From: Octopus sinensis
Lineage: Eukaryota
Assembly: GCF_006345805.1 (NCBI RefSeq)
Contig: NC_043019.1
Span: 19,777,360 to 19,841,359 of the forward strand
Length of the DNA stretch: 64,000 nucleotides
Reading direction: 5' to 3'
In this document: positions 27,374 to 40,595 of the stretch, one piece after another
How the letters are laid out: each line of letters opens with the position of its first letter
Position numbering within the stretch: position 1 is the first letter of the stretch
Notes under the pieces: model-generated
The model's input: only the letters and a program-made list of their open reading frames with translations
What the model was told of the DNA's origin: nothing
Database searches by the model: none
Translations under genes and position numbers: made by a program

Positions 27374-30321
27374 TTAACTGGTTTCATAATCAGCCAACCA
27401 GGGAGGAGGGTGCCGCTCCCTCTGTGGGCGCAGTGCGACCCTAGGACTGGCCTGAGTTCCTGACATGTTGCTGCTGGTTTCATCATCTTGTCTACTGATG
27501 TTGTCTTCATCTTCTTGCCTACTGTTGTTGTCTTCATCTTCTTGCCCACTGCTGCTGTTTCCATCCTCTGAGGCATGGACAATCTTCCGTATATCCAAAA
27601 CGTGGCGTGGCATACCATCGACAGAGACGTTGTTCTTCCAATTGTTGGAGGTTATTGTTCCCTTTCCCCATCGTGATGTACACCGAGCGTTTGGGGTTAT
27701 TACCCAAACTTCTTCCCCGACCTGCACGAAGGCATGCTCTTCATCTGCCCCGGTTCGCATTGATGCAATACACGGATGCCTCCATTCGTACCTGAATATT
27801 GCCCTGTGTGGCACCGACTCATCAGCCTGTCCTGACCTAGGCGACATATTGTACCAAAATACGGCCTCGATTGGTGAAATGTAGCCCCTCTCTGCCATGG
27901 TCTTGATGGTACGATGATGCCTTTCCACCACCCCATTTCCACTTGGCCGGTATGCCGCCCTGAAGAAGCGGTTGACCTTCCACCCATCAAGCATTTCTTT
28001 CAGCACCTCCGAGCGAAATGCAGTGCCATTGTCCAGAAGCAGTTCATCCACGGGGCCTCGTTCCAGGAATATCTCATTTAATACTTTCACAATTTCCTCT
28101 GCGGTCCCCGTCTTCATCTCCCTCCATATTGCCAACCGCCCCGGTCCGCAGTCAACCATTGAGAGGTATGTCCCCTGCCAGTCGTTTCCAGTCGTGGTCC
28201 ACTGGAATACTTCCCGCCTCGTGTACGCCCGGAGCAGGGTCGATGGACTGGCACCTGTCACAGCTGCTAACCACTCTCTGCACGCTCCGTCTTGTTACAT
28301 CGGAGTCAACTTTCCTGGCTAAGAACAACGTCCTGTCCACCCCCATATGATGCATGGTATGCAATTTCCGCAACTCCGAGTCACTCAGACGGCATACTGC
28401 AGCCAAAGCCTGCTCCGCATCCTCTGGCACCTGCAACAAGGCTCGCTTTACCCTGGTCAGGACGTCTGCCCTGTTCTCGGAAGGCACAAAGATCACGCTC
28501 AGCTTCAGATTGAACTCAGTGGTTAGTTCACGCAGTATCCCCAATCGACGCTTTACCAGCATCTCTACGGCCCCTTTGGTTCGCACCCTCCACTCATTGG
28601 TGATGACTGCTGTCACCCAACCAAGTACAGTGGCTGAATCAGTCCTGATTTCTATGGTGTGAAACCCCCACTTCAAGGCTAGGTTTACTCCATTCAACAC
28701 GGCATCCAACTCCGCCACATTGATATGGTTGCAGTCATCCGTCTTCCTGAGCCAGGCTGCATCTTCCACCATGACACCTCCCACTTCCAAGACAACCCTT
28801 ATTGCAATGCTACTGGCGTCACACCATACGATCCCGCTCTTTGATTTGGGAACATACCAACTGCCCCTCACTGGATCCTCTGCTCTTACTCTGACCAAGA
28901 CTTCCTGTATCATGTCGGTCGTCTTCTCCCCAACTCTATCGTTCCACTTCACTCCTTCGGCTCGTCGCTTGATTTAGCTACATGCTGTCCCGAGCCATCC
29001 TGCAATCGGGTAGTGTCCCACCAGCTTCCCACACACCGAGAACAGTTCCCGTCTGCTCGGCGCCCAGTTAGGGGATCTCGTTCTCTCGCCGGAACACCAA
29101 CGCGCCGGCCTTGTCTCTCCATAGCTTGAGGCCCAATGCAGCACCTCCCTCCATTGCCCATGGTGGCTTGGCGATCAGTCCCAAACTTTTCAGGTGGCCT
29201 ATGACCTCCGTTGCTGGCATTACGGTTTCATCCACCAGAATATCATCAATGTACGAATTGGTGGCCTTTTTTACTCTGTCCACCTTTCCCAGGATGGCCT
29301 TGAGAATTGTTGCCATAATCTTTGGCGCTGAATTCAGCCCGAACCCCAGCCTGTTCAGACAGTACGTCCGGCCCTTATACCTGACAAGCTGATACTTCCA
29401 CAGTTTCTCAGCCACATGCACCTGTTGGTATACCGACTTCAAATCGACGATCGTGGAGGCCCCTGTCATCTGTCTCCACTCTCGCAAGGTGTCTCCGCAG
29501 ACATCTGTGGCCTCGCCGCCTGTATAACATAATATGTAGAAATTCAGCTCTCGGAAGTCAAGCACTGGGCTGACCTTATGCTTTGTGGGCTGTATCACCG
29601 CCATCAGTAGCAGGACTCCGCTCACTTCGTCTTCCCAAGGGATCAATATGCCCTCCTTAATCCACGGCTCCACATCCCCCTCGAACTCACTTCTGGCATC
29701 TCCTTTTAGAGTAAGCTTATAGCAGCCCACTCTATTTTTTAACGTCCAGGGCTCTCTCTTCCACTCCACTGTCCACCTCTGGCCATCGAAGACAGCCCGA
29801 AAGTCCTGGTCTTCAATGGCGTGTGCAGCATGCTTTTCTTCACGGTTCTCACCAGTGCATGGTCTTGCTATACACGGTTTCCCCGCAAACCCGAACGTTA
29901 CACTGGCCTCGTTAACAGTGCCACTTCCCAAACGGGTGATTGCATCCATCCCCATCACCACGTCAATCTCGTCCACCAAGTGGCCAACTACAATTGCTCG
30001 CAGCGTCAGCCTTATTCCCTGCACCACAATCTGCGCATCTGTAACGCCTTCACAGTGTACTTCTCTTCCGTCGACTGCTCTTACACTGCTTTCTCCACTC
30101 CACGTCTCTACCACTTCTGGAGTCATCAGGGTTGTCGTACAGCCCGTGTCCACAAGGGCTCGCGACATCTTCCCCTCCACCAGAATGTCGATTACAGGTA
30201 ATGACGATAAATGCGCCTCTATTAATCCAAAGGGACAACTACCGGCGCAGTAGTCTCCCTCAGACCGCTTCCTCGCAGACATTCGCTGGCTATATGTCCC
30301 GTTTCTCGACACCGATAGCAA
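27374..30321 (-). pseudogene. Gypsy pol (PR-RT-RH-IN), broken into three ORFs
   Basis: ORFs 29068..30321, 28152..28952 and 27374..28261. There is a small deletion at WKRLA near 28175. Confidence 0.92.
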
Positions 30322-30830
30322 ATGACCTCAGGCTTGGGTGACTCGTAGTCTCGTACCATGTACGGGCCCTGACACCGGAAACACTGTCCTTTGAATGGTC
30401 GCACACGTTCTTTCTTCGACCCCTCTCCGCTGCTCCTTGCTCGGCCACTTTTCGTTGTTGCAGTCGCTGCTACCGACGTCGTTCTGCAGCACGAAACTAG
30501 CACACGATTCCCGAGATACAATGTCTGCCATCGTCATCGAGTGAATGTTCGGCAGCTTCTGCAACTCGACCGACATGTGGTCAGGAAAGCCAGTGACAAA
30601 CGCCAACTTAACTGTCCGGTCCAGCGATTCTCCCTCATATCCCGCCAGTTTAGCCTGTTCCCCAGTCCATTTTGTTTTCCCCAGGCAAGCGTGTGCCTCA
30701 AACATTCCCTCCGCAAAGGCCTCCATCAAACGGATTTCTATTTTCTCCGCGCTAAATTGGTCCCTCTCTTCCATCTCTAAGTACAGCGCCATCGCCGAAC
30801 CATCCAAGTACAGCCATTTCTCTCTAGCAG
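30222..30830 (-). pseudogene. Gypsy gag, 5'-truncated and frameshifted
   Basis: LYLDGSAMALYLEM, LAFVTGFPD and two zinc knuckles in ORFs 30328..30921 and 30222..30521. Confidence 0.85.
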
Positions 30831-30879
30831 TTCTATATTTAAGAGATGTGGAATTATGAAAATTTCTTGATGAGAAACT

Positions 30880-31990
30880 ATATGTTACCAATGGAACAAA
30901 AAGGAGATGCAGCGGTACCAAACAACAATTACTGATAGAGAAAATGGTAATGCAAGATGAACAAATTTGGGAATAGTCTGGATTGACTATCGCAAAGCTT
31001 ATGATATGATTTCATATTTATGGATTATCGAGTGCTTAGGTCTGTTAGGAATTGCGAGAAATGTAACATGACTTCTGAAGGGAAGTATGGAAGAGTTGAC
31101 ATCCTACTGAAAAAGTTTGGGCACCCTATGCATCAGAAGAAGGATTTTCCTAGGTGATATTTATTTCCGTTGCTTTTTGTTCTTTGAATGACCTTCTCTG
31201 ACCTTGGTACTTTGGAAAATGAACCTGGGACATCAGCTAAAAGGAAAATCTCAAACAATCAACCAACCTCCACTTCATGCATGATTTGAAGCTATATGTC
31301 AAAGGTAAGGCACAAGTGAACTTTTTGGTGAACACGATCCCCTGTCTTAGTGCTGATATTAGAATGGAATTCAGGCACAAGAAGTGTACCTGAAAGGAGG
31401 CAGGGCACAGTCACAAGCAGGGATAGAATTACCTAATAGATTAAACAAATTGAAACAGAAGGCTACAAATACATTGACATACTAGAATTCAACGAAGAGA
31501 AGGAAATGAAAGAGCAACTGAGAACGGAATACTTCCGAAGATTGAGATTGGTGTTGCGCTCAAAATTGACCGGATGGAATAAAATCCTAGTAATTAATAT
31601 AAGGGCGGTAGCGTCACTACGCTTTGGAGCTGGAATTATAAAATGGCAAAAGAAAGGACAGATGAACATGGATACGAAGACAAAGAGTGACACAGAGAGG
31701 TTGGGGGTGGTGGGTGATCAGTTGCCAGGATTGTATTGAAGCAGAGGAAAACAGCTTAGAGGGGTATGTGAAAAATAGTGTGGTCCCATTGTTGAAACAC
31801 GTGAAGAAGGCTGGCGTCATTAAAACTAATTTAATTGTGTTAAGAAAGAAAAACTTAAAGAGGAAAAGAACACACAAAAAAAATGAAACAGCATGGAAGG
31901 AGAAAAAAATGTACGGTCAGTTAGCAAGAGACACGAACACCAACAGAAGAGCGGTGGCTATGGATGGAATTCAACTATGGGAATCCACAT
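30880..31990 (+). mobile_element. R4/Dong-type RT fragment
   Basis: Broken translation gives GTKQQLLI, WIDYRKAYD, FMHDLKLY and TEYFRRLRLVLRSKL...FGAGII. Confidence 0.8.
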
Positions 31991-32262
31991 TTTTGCTGCA
32001 GATTTACATATATTACTGACATGCCTAGAACTATATGGATTCGGTTATAGTCTCTCAGTCATCTATCTACCTACCTAATCTATTTCTTTCTGTATACATA
32101 CATACATACATACATACATACATACATACATACATACATACATACATACATACATACATACATAACCATCTATGTATCACTTAAGGTAAATATATTGTTG
32201 AAAGACAAATTTACTGCGATATTCGTCTAGAAATAACATCTCTTATGGACATGCATTCAAAA

Positions 32263-32265
32263 ACA

Positions 32266-32345
<80 letters not shown>
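32263..32345. repeat. (TA)n microsatellite, one of many; other long TA tracts near 13290, 14575, 26815, 36240, 43560, 44480, 49045, 50440-50780, 51720-51880, 53100-53235, 61560, 62990 and 63170
   Basis: Directly visible. Confidence 0.98.
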
Positions 32346-32348
<3 letters not shown>

Positions 32349-33523
32349 AAACTGAAATGATTGAATTTCCTCTTTCAGCTGCCTCGAAGGTACACATGTA
32401 GTCACTCATCAAACTGGCGTAGCTCGACAGTGTGCGCCCGGGGAAACCCTGCGGTTTGCCGCCCTTCCCGGACCCCCAAGCCTATATGGTCTTACACAAC
32501 AGGGCCAAAAATGTCGCCCACATACAAGCGTGACCTAGAGCCGACCAAGACCTCCTTCTAGCTTGGCTACTATCACAAAAAACCTACTGATAAGAATGGT
32601 TTTGAACATTTACAGGCGCCTAGACTGTCAAATTTAGCAGCGAAATCTCCTTTAAGCGAAAGCAACCAACTACAACTGAGTGGGAGAAGGTGGCGACGGG
32701 GAGAAAGAGAGCGTGAGAGCAAAGGCGGAATGATATTTGAAATAATGTCTGGGAAAAAATGAAAGAGAAAGTGAAGAGAAAATAAAAGAAGGGAAATAAT
32801 CAGAGGAGGAACAGCTTTAAAGAACTAGGACTGAGGTGGGGGGGGATGAGTAAACATAACAACAATACCATGTGCAGGCTGTCATGACATTCCTTTGAAA
32901 AGAGCCAGCTTTCAGCAAGGAGAAGCTACAACAGCAGAGATGTGTGTAGAGCCTGGCAGACGACATAGGCTGCCACGTAACGGATGTAAATACTAAGTGA
33001 ATATGGTGAGGATGATAGTAGACTGTTGTGCTGCTGCCCTGACTGCAGTGAAGCTCTGATCACAAGCAACTATGTCAAAATGGGACAACAGTTTATTTTA
33101 TAGTCTACTCCACTTATATAAACACTTGTATTTAATTGCTGACTTATCTCTATATGTGGCAGCGCTTGTCAGGTGAATATAATATATGTATATAAATAAA
33201 CAGATAAATAAATAAATAGACAAATAAATAAATAAATAAATAAAGCAACACAGAAATCTATTAGATTGTCATGCGTAGTCATATAAACACTCACACACGT
33301 ATATGTGTGTGTGTATGAGTGTGAGTGTGTAAAGAGTAAAACAGTAGATAGAATACACATAACATATAAATAATATCCATACATGTTATGTATGTTCTTT
33401 ATACACACACACACACATACACATGTTATGTATCTACTGTTTTACTCTTATTTTTCTATCTACCATTTTATTCCTTATAAATTGTGAATTTCCCTGTCTC
33501 GATCCTTCATACATACTCACCTT

Positions 33524-33599
33524 GTCTCTGATGACCGTATAACCAGTGTACGGACATGCTAGCCTAACACTTGGGATATCTCAGAAACAGATGTAAGAC
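33524..33599 (+). ncRNA. Degenerate type I hammerhead motif in a probable PLE terminal-repeat relic
   Basis: GTCT CTGATGA ... GAAACAGATGTA AGAC. Stem I is GTCT/AGAC, but the stem II closing pair is a C/A mismatch. Confidence 0.5.
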
Positions 33600-34379
33600 T
33601 TCAGATTCACCTCACCCTAATTAAATATTCTAAATGGCTTGAGACACCAGTCCTGCCTTGGTTTTTGTTGTCCTTTTTCCTCGAGTATAATACATACCTG
33701 CCAACTCGGAAGCTTAATACGGAACCCTAGCTCCAGCCTCAGTTGTGAACTTGGAACCAAACAGATGACCAATTCTAGCACTTACTCAAGATAGTGGGTA
33801 CCTATTCGTTTAGATCACCAGTGAATTAACCACTCACATTCTACATGTTATGTATGTCATTATTCAGTTTATTTCAAGATTTCTTGCCAATAGAGAAAGA
33901 ACCGTTTTCTAACTTACATCAAAGGCTCCTTCATTGGAATCTCAACATCAACGACAGGGTATGTATGTATGTATGTATGTATGTATGTATGTATGTATGT
34001 ATGTATGTATGTATGTATGTATGTATGTATGTATGTATGTGTGTATGTATGTATGTATGTATGTACAGATTTGTATTTTTTATGTATGTATTCTCATGCA
34101 TATAGTTGCATATCTAGACATGCTCAGATATATTTAAATGATAAACTTCTGGAAAGTTTTACAGATTTTTACAGTTCCAGGAATTGATTGGATGTATAAT
34201 CTTCAAATTAGCTTTCTCTTTTCTGGTTTCAAGAAGCCTAATTTCTCAAGACTGGTATTTAGACAGTGTGCTACATATCCCAAGACCCCAATAATTACAG
34301 GTATAAACCTGAACTTGTAATCTGGATAGAGTAACTGCAGACTTCTCAAATAGTTCAGCATAGGTGTTCTCTTTTTCGC

Positions 34380-35920
34380 TGATCTTCAGCTTTATGTTAA
34401 CATCCGCTGAGTAGCTAATTTCCACAACTGTTCACAGTTTCTCCTCTCTGTCTCAAATCATAATATCAGGTCTGTTGAGCTTACATTTGATTGCGGTCGT
34501 CACTGGTACAGTCCACCAGTATTCCTTTTTATTATGAGTGGTTATGGCTTCCACCATATTATGGGCTCTTATTTCTTTGTCCTCGGAATTATTCTTCCGG
34601 TGGATTTCATTATTGAGTGTTCTAGCTACAACATCATGTCTCATTGGTAGATAATACCGTGATGACATTTTCGGACAACTGCTTATGATGTGGGTGATAG
34701 CTTCAGAGTGAACTCCTCAAAGTCTGCATCGGTTGTCACATTTTACCGCTTTACCTGTATCTCTATCCCTTTTGTGCATCAGGTATTTGGCAGACGCATA
34801 CCCTTCAAAGTGGGAGGTAGTAATCCAGCTATTGGACCATGATAGACTGCTTTGATGATCGATGTTACTATCATCACGGAGCTTTCTACTAACATATCCA
34901 TGCATAGAGTTCTGCTCATATAGGCTCATTCTTACATCTGATGATACGTAGAGTCGTGCGACTTCTTTGGGCATGTATTCTGGCTTATCAGACAAAAGGT
35001 GTTGCTCAAGGAGCTGCCTTCCAAGCCTTATGATGTTATCAGCCTCATGTATGCAAACTTGGTCAAGAGATGTACTTCGACACTTGGTAATAAAAAGATG
35101 TATCCTAAGGGATATGATGCAACATTCAAAAGCATTTTGGATCGATGTTAAGCCACTGCTGCCTTGTTTTTGTTTTAGGCAGGGGTGGTTTACATCACTG
35201 TTTATAAGTACTTGTTAGTGTTTTTCAGATTTTCACATCAATGGCTCTGATCTCATCCAGTGTCCAATCAAGAGCCCAAATGTTAGTATGAGTACTGGCA
35301 CAGCAAACACAGTGTGGGCCACTGTTTTACTGAATGCAGAGAGTTCTGAGGTCCAAATTTTCTTTATTCGACTGTAATATTCTTTAGTGAAACTGTTTTG
35401 TTACAGGTACCATTGTAAGATATATTTTCATTCACCCCTAGATACCTGTAACTTTGCTTGTCCGATACAGAGGAAACAGTCAAATCATTGAAGGAGATGT
35501 TACTAGTCTGGTTTATTGTTTTCCACCTTTTCACAAACATATAACAACATTTATCCTGACCTAACTCCAACCCTACATCCTTTGAGAATGTTGTAACTAG
35601 GTCAAGGCTCTTTTTCATCTAATGCATATTTTTGCATAAAGTTTTAAGTCATCCACAAAGAAACAGTGTGTAATTTTGGTATTTCTGTTTCCTTGTGAAC
35701 CAGTGAACCCTAACCCTAACAACATCACAGAGTGGCCGCCTCTTGGAATATGCTTTTGCGATACTGCATTCTATCGGTGATAATACAGCCTCTTTTTCCA
35801 TTTAATTTCAAGATGGTGGCCCACGATGAAGTCATGTCAGCTATGGCATTGACTATTCTCACTGGAACTTTAGCAAGTTGAAGGGCTTCTAGCATCCATG
35901 AGTGGGAAGCAGAGTCAAAG
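34380..35920 (-). mobile_element. R4/Dong-type non-LTR element, RT through RLE, decayed
   Basis: FDSASHSWMLEAL, VDDLK, GLELGQDKC, YRYLGVNE, CDNRCRL, RHDVVAR and NRPDIMI. Confidence 0.88.
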
Positions 35921-36257
35921 GTATGTATGTATGTATGTATGTATGTATGTATGTATGTATGTTATGTATGCGAGTTAAATATAAATACCAGTTTGGTGTT
36001 TGGTGTGAATAAGAAAACCAAAACTGCAACAGGAAAAGAGTTCAAAGGAATAACTATGCCGCATCGTCCGTCGTCCGAGTGAATAAGAGACATGTTTGGA
36101 TCTTTGATAGAAGGGTTCATTCAAAAAATATATTGCAGTTTGTTATATCTTTGGTTTGTGTTGGGACAATAAAACAACTCATTGGGGATGTTATGATCTT
36201 TGCGTGTTCATTTAGCATGTTTATAACTGTATAACTGTATATATATATATATTATAT

Positions 36258-36302
<45 letters not shown>

Positions 36303-36359
36303 TAGCTGAAGGTGACCCGCTCTACGCGCGGGTAAGAGTGTGGTTGTTACTTTCTGTTG

Positions 36360-36676
36360 CTTCCTTTCAGCACGTAAAAAGCACCATCCGAACGTGGCGG
36401 ATTGCAGCGCCGCCTTGACTGGCTTCTGTGCTGGTGGCACGTAAAAAGCACCAACCGATCGTGGCCGCTGCCAGCCCCCCTGGCACCTGTGCCGGCGGCA
36501 CGAAAAAAGCACCCACTACGCTCACAGAGTGGTTGGCATTAGGAAGGGCATCCACCTGTTGAAACACTGCCAGATCAGACTGGAGCATGGTGCAGCCTCA
36601 TGGCTTCCCAGACCCCTGTCAAACTGTCCAACCCGTGCTAGCACGGAAAACGGACGTTAAACGATGATGATGATGA
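36360..36676 (+). mobile_element. RTE-tailed SINE-like repeat (family C)
   Basis: GGCACGTAAAAAGCACC repeats, TTAGGAAGGGCATCC and the tail GGACGTTAAACGATGATGATG. Siblings lie at 39245-39590, 51040-51432 and 63085-63162. Confidence 0.85.
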
Positions 36677-37365
36677 TTCTCCCTTTTTGTTTCTCTCTCC
36701 TTTCTCTCTCCCTTTCCCACTCTCTTACTCTTCCTTTCTCTCGGACTCTCCCTCGCCTTCTCTTACTCTCTATCTTTATCTATCTCTCTCCCATTTATAA
36801 ACAACAAAAGATCTTGAGTAAGTTGAGAAAGAAAGTAGTTTGAAAGATCAATCATAAATATCAGGCAGTGACAACGGAAAGGTCTGCTTCAAGACAGACA
36901 GCAAAACGCTAACATTTAAAAGGGACAGACGAACTTGCGAGCTGAATAAAAATAATGAAATATTGGAAATCAAAGTTTGAAGGAATAGAATTTGAGGATA
37001 GTAGAGTCACCATGGCTGGCATTTCTTAACGACGGACAGCAACGTATTGACAGTTCAACGGCTGGCGTAAAATTTTGAACTTGATGTAAAAGAAAATCCC
37101 TAAAAACCAAGTTTTGAATTGATTCTTTCTCACGACAGTAGACTCACGATGGCAAGCATTCAAAACTTCTTCATCATGGACGGCAACACATTGACGATTA
37201 AAAGGCTGGCGCAAATTTTTTAGCTTGATGTAACAGAGAATTGCTAAACACCCGCTCCTTTAAATTTTAATCCCCTTCCAGCCCCATTTAGACCCCTTTT
37301 CACATTTTGGTTAATATAACCCGATTTCATTTGGGTCTACTGGGGCCACATTTTATAAGATGAGG

Positions 37366-37563
37366 ACTCAACCAAGTTTCCCAAGTTCTGGTCATAGACC
37401 ATAGAACACTCAACCAAGTTTCCCGAGTTCTGGTCATAGACCATAGAACAGTCAAGCAAGTTTCCCGAGTTCTGGTCATAGACCATAGAACACTCAACCA
37501 AGTTTCCCGAGTTCTGGACATAGACCATAGAACACTCAACCAAGTTTCCCGAGTTCTGGTCAT
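37366..37563 (+). repeat. 42-bp tandem repeat, about 4.7 copies
   Basis: Unit ACTCAACCAAGTTTCCCGAGTTCTGGTCATAGACCATAGAAC. Confidence 0.97.
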
Positions 37564-38308
37564 TTGCAGAATAAATAGAGACGGCGGAGGTGGCAGACGT
37601 CGTTGCAATGTAAATATGATTTGTTATAAGAGAAAGATTGTCCAGATTGTGTGTTGGTGGTGGTGGTGGCGATGATAATTATCTTTAAGAATGGAGATAA
37701 AGAGAAATTGAATGGGAGTTAGAGGTAGAAAGCGAAGGTGTAAATTTTGGAGTGAATCCGACGGGATGTAGTGGGCTTTAACCCCGGCAAAAAAAATAAT
37801 ATCTGTTGCGTTTCTGAAAGAGGTGAAGTAGGAATATTGAAACTTTTGCGGCTGTCATTGATAGACTCGTTGTAGAATAAATAGAGACGGCGAAAAAAGA
37901 GAGAGCTCGAGAAAGAAAAGGTGATATATGAAAGAGAGGACGGGAAAATGAAATATTTTGCAATGTAAACATGATTTGTTTTAAGAGAAAGATTGTCATG
38001 ATTGTGTGTTGGTGGTGTTAGTGGTGGCGATGATAATTATCATTAGGAAAAAGAGTGAGTGAGTGAGGAAGACATACATAAGTTGTGGCGATGATAATTG
38101 TAGACCCCTTTTCACATTTTGATAAAGAGAACCCGATTTCATTCGGGTGTACTGGGGCCACATATAGGTGTGTGTGTGTGGTGTGTGTGTGTGTGTGTGT
38201 GCACGCTGTAGAAATTAAATTAGAGATAAAACCACTAATAGGGAAATGAAACAGTAAAAAACCAAAAACAAAAACATAAAAATAAAAATATAATATTAGA
38301 TATATGTA

Positions 38309-38374
<66 letters not shown>

Positions 38375-38859
38375 GACAGGTAGACAATAGAATGTGATGG
38401 CGATGGCGATGGCGATGTAATATTTGTTTCTGTCTATGAACGCTGATAGATACATGAGTAAAATGTATGGGAAGCTAAGAGATAGACTGAGTGAAAATGT
38501 TCTTGGAAGAGAGGAAATAGCGAGAGAGTGATTTGAGGAAGACCTTACATTAAATAACGGTAGTGGCATTGTCAAATAAAGAGGAGTGAGAGGGTACTGG
38601 AGGAAATAGGGTGAGTGAGAAAGATGGCCCCTAGCAACCACACCTTTTAAGATAGGGATTTGTAAGGTAGCCCACGAGTATCGTCACCTCATTCTACATG
38701 TCCCTGTAAATTTTGGAGCGAATCGGACGGGATGTAGTGGCATTGAAAGCGATCCAAGCGGTAAAAACGCATTTCAGTTTTATATATAGAAGATATATAT
38801 ATATATATATATATATTTATAAATAAGGATAATATCGATATTTAAATATTAATATTATC

Positions 38860-39180
38860 AAGTGGCTAGCATGATATAGGGGGAGATATAGAACGCCGTA
38901 ACACGACGTTATATATAGAAAGTGATGGGAAGGGAGGAAAGAGAGTGAGTGACGGAGAAAGACATAAAAGAATGAGAGTAGACTTGTCAAAGTGAGTTTT
39001 TGGCCCTAGCAACGACAGCTTTTAAGATAGGGATTTCTAACCTAGCCCACTAACATCCTCACCCCATTTTACATGTCCCTGTAAATGTTGGAGTCAATCC
39101 GACGGGATCTAGTGGCTTTTAACACGTTCTCAATGCCAAAACCATACAAACAAACTTTTCGCATTTCAGATTTATAATAT
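38860..39180 (-). mobile_element. Helitron 5'-terminal fragment
   Basis: Similar to 42700-43025, ending CGCATTTCAGATTTATAATAT just before the next CTAG. Confidence 0.75.
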
Positions 39181-39185
39181 ATATA

Positions 39186-39553
39186 CTAGCTTAAGGTGAC
39201 CTGCTCTACGCGCGGGTAAGAGTGTGGTTGTTATTTTCTGTTGCATCCTTTCGGCACGTAAAAAGCACCATCCGAATGTGGCCGATGGCAGCGCCGCCTT
39301 GACTGGCTTCTGTGCCGGTGGCACGTAAAAAGCACCAACCGATCGTGGCCGCTGCCAGCGCCCCTCCCCCGTGGCACCTGTGCCGGTAGCACGAAAAAAG
39401 CACCCACTACAATCACGGAGTGGTTGGCGTTAGGAAGGGCATCCAGCTGTAGAAACACTGCCAGATCAGACTGGAGCCTGGTGCAGCATCCTGGCTTCCC
39501 AGACCCCGGTCAAACCGTTCAACCTGTGCTAGCACGGAAAACGGACGTTAAAA

Positions 39554-39593
<40 letters not shown>

Positions 39594-40555
39594 CTCCCTC
39601 TTTGATTCTCCCTCCTTTCTCTCTCCCTTTCCCACTCTCTTACTCTTCCTTTCTCTCGGACTCTCCCTCGCTTTCTCTTACTCTCTATCTTTATCTATCT
39701 ATCTCCCATTTATAAACAACAAAAGATCTTGAGTAAGTTGAGAAAGAAAGTAGTTTGAAAGATCAATCATAAATATCAGGCAGTGACAACGGAAAGGTCT
39801 GCTTCAAGGCAGACAGCATAACACTAACATTTAAAAGGGACAGACGAACTTGCGAGCTGAATAAAAATTTAAAAATATTGGAAACCAAAGTTTGAAAGGA
39901 TAGAATCTGAGGATAGTAGAGTCACCATGGCTGGCATTTCTTAACGACGGACAGTAACATAGTGGCAGTTTAACGGCTGGCGTAAAATTTTGAACTTGAT
40001 GTAAAAGAAAATTCCTAAACACCAAGCTTTGAGGTGATTCTTTCTCACGACAGTAGACTCACCATGGCAAACATTCAAAACTTCTTCATCATGGACGGCA
40101 ACACATTGACGATTAAAAGGCTGGCGCAAATTTTTTAGCTTGATGTAGCAGAGAATTCCTAAACACCCGCTCCTGTAAATTTTAATCCCCTTCAAGCCCC
40201 ATTTAGACCTCTTTTCACATTTTGGTTAATATAACCCGATTTCATTCGGGTCTACTCGGGTCACATTTTATAAGATGAGGAATTTTGTCCTAGACGTCAC
40301 GCCTTTCATTTGAGGAAAAAAATAGTTGTCATGCAAACTCGCCAGTACTTTTAACATAGGTGTGCATATTTTCAGCACAACCGACCACATAATGCACACA
40401 ATATATATATATTCTCTTTCCTCCCTTCCCATCACTTTCTATCTNNNNNNNNNNNNNNNNNNNNNNNNNNNNNNNNNNNNNNNNNNNNNNNNNNNNNNNN
40501 NNNNNNNNNNNNNNNNNNNNNNNNNNNNNNNNNNNNNNNNNNNNGGACGTTAAAA

Positions 40556-40595
<40 letters not shown>

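Larger units (their letters stand above)
26901..30830 (-). mobile_element. Ty3/Gypsy LTR retrotransposon, 5' LTR and PBS lost
   Basis: gag (CFRCQGPY, CYRCRETGHIASEC), PR (LVDTG), RT (YIDD), RNase H (WCDASS, ELDAV, RTDS), IN (HH-CC, LLLDNG, GVVERHHRT), PPT and 3' LTR. Confidence 0.95.
36302..38793 (-). mobile_element. Non-autonomous Helitron, same family as 13250..18791
   Basis: 5' TCTTCTATATATAAAACTG at 38793; 3' hairpin ACCCGC/GCGGGT and CTAG at 36302. The 37920-38793 segment is nearly identical to 17985-18791. Confidence 0.9.

Noticed and set aside
37366-37563. CRISPR array
   Set aside because: The units are contiguous with no unique spacers, there are no cas genes, and the context is eukaryotic.
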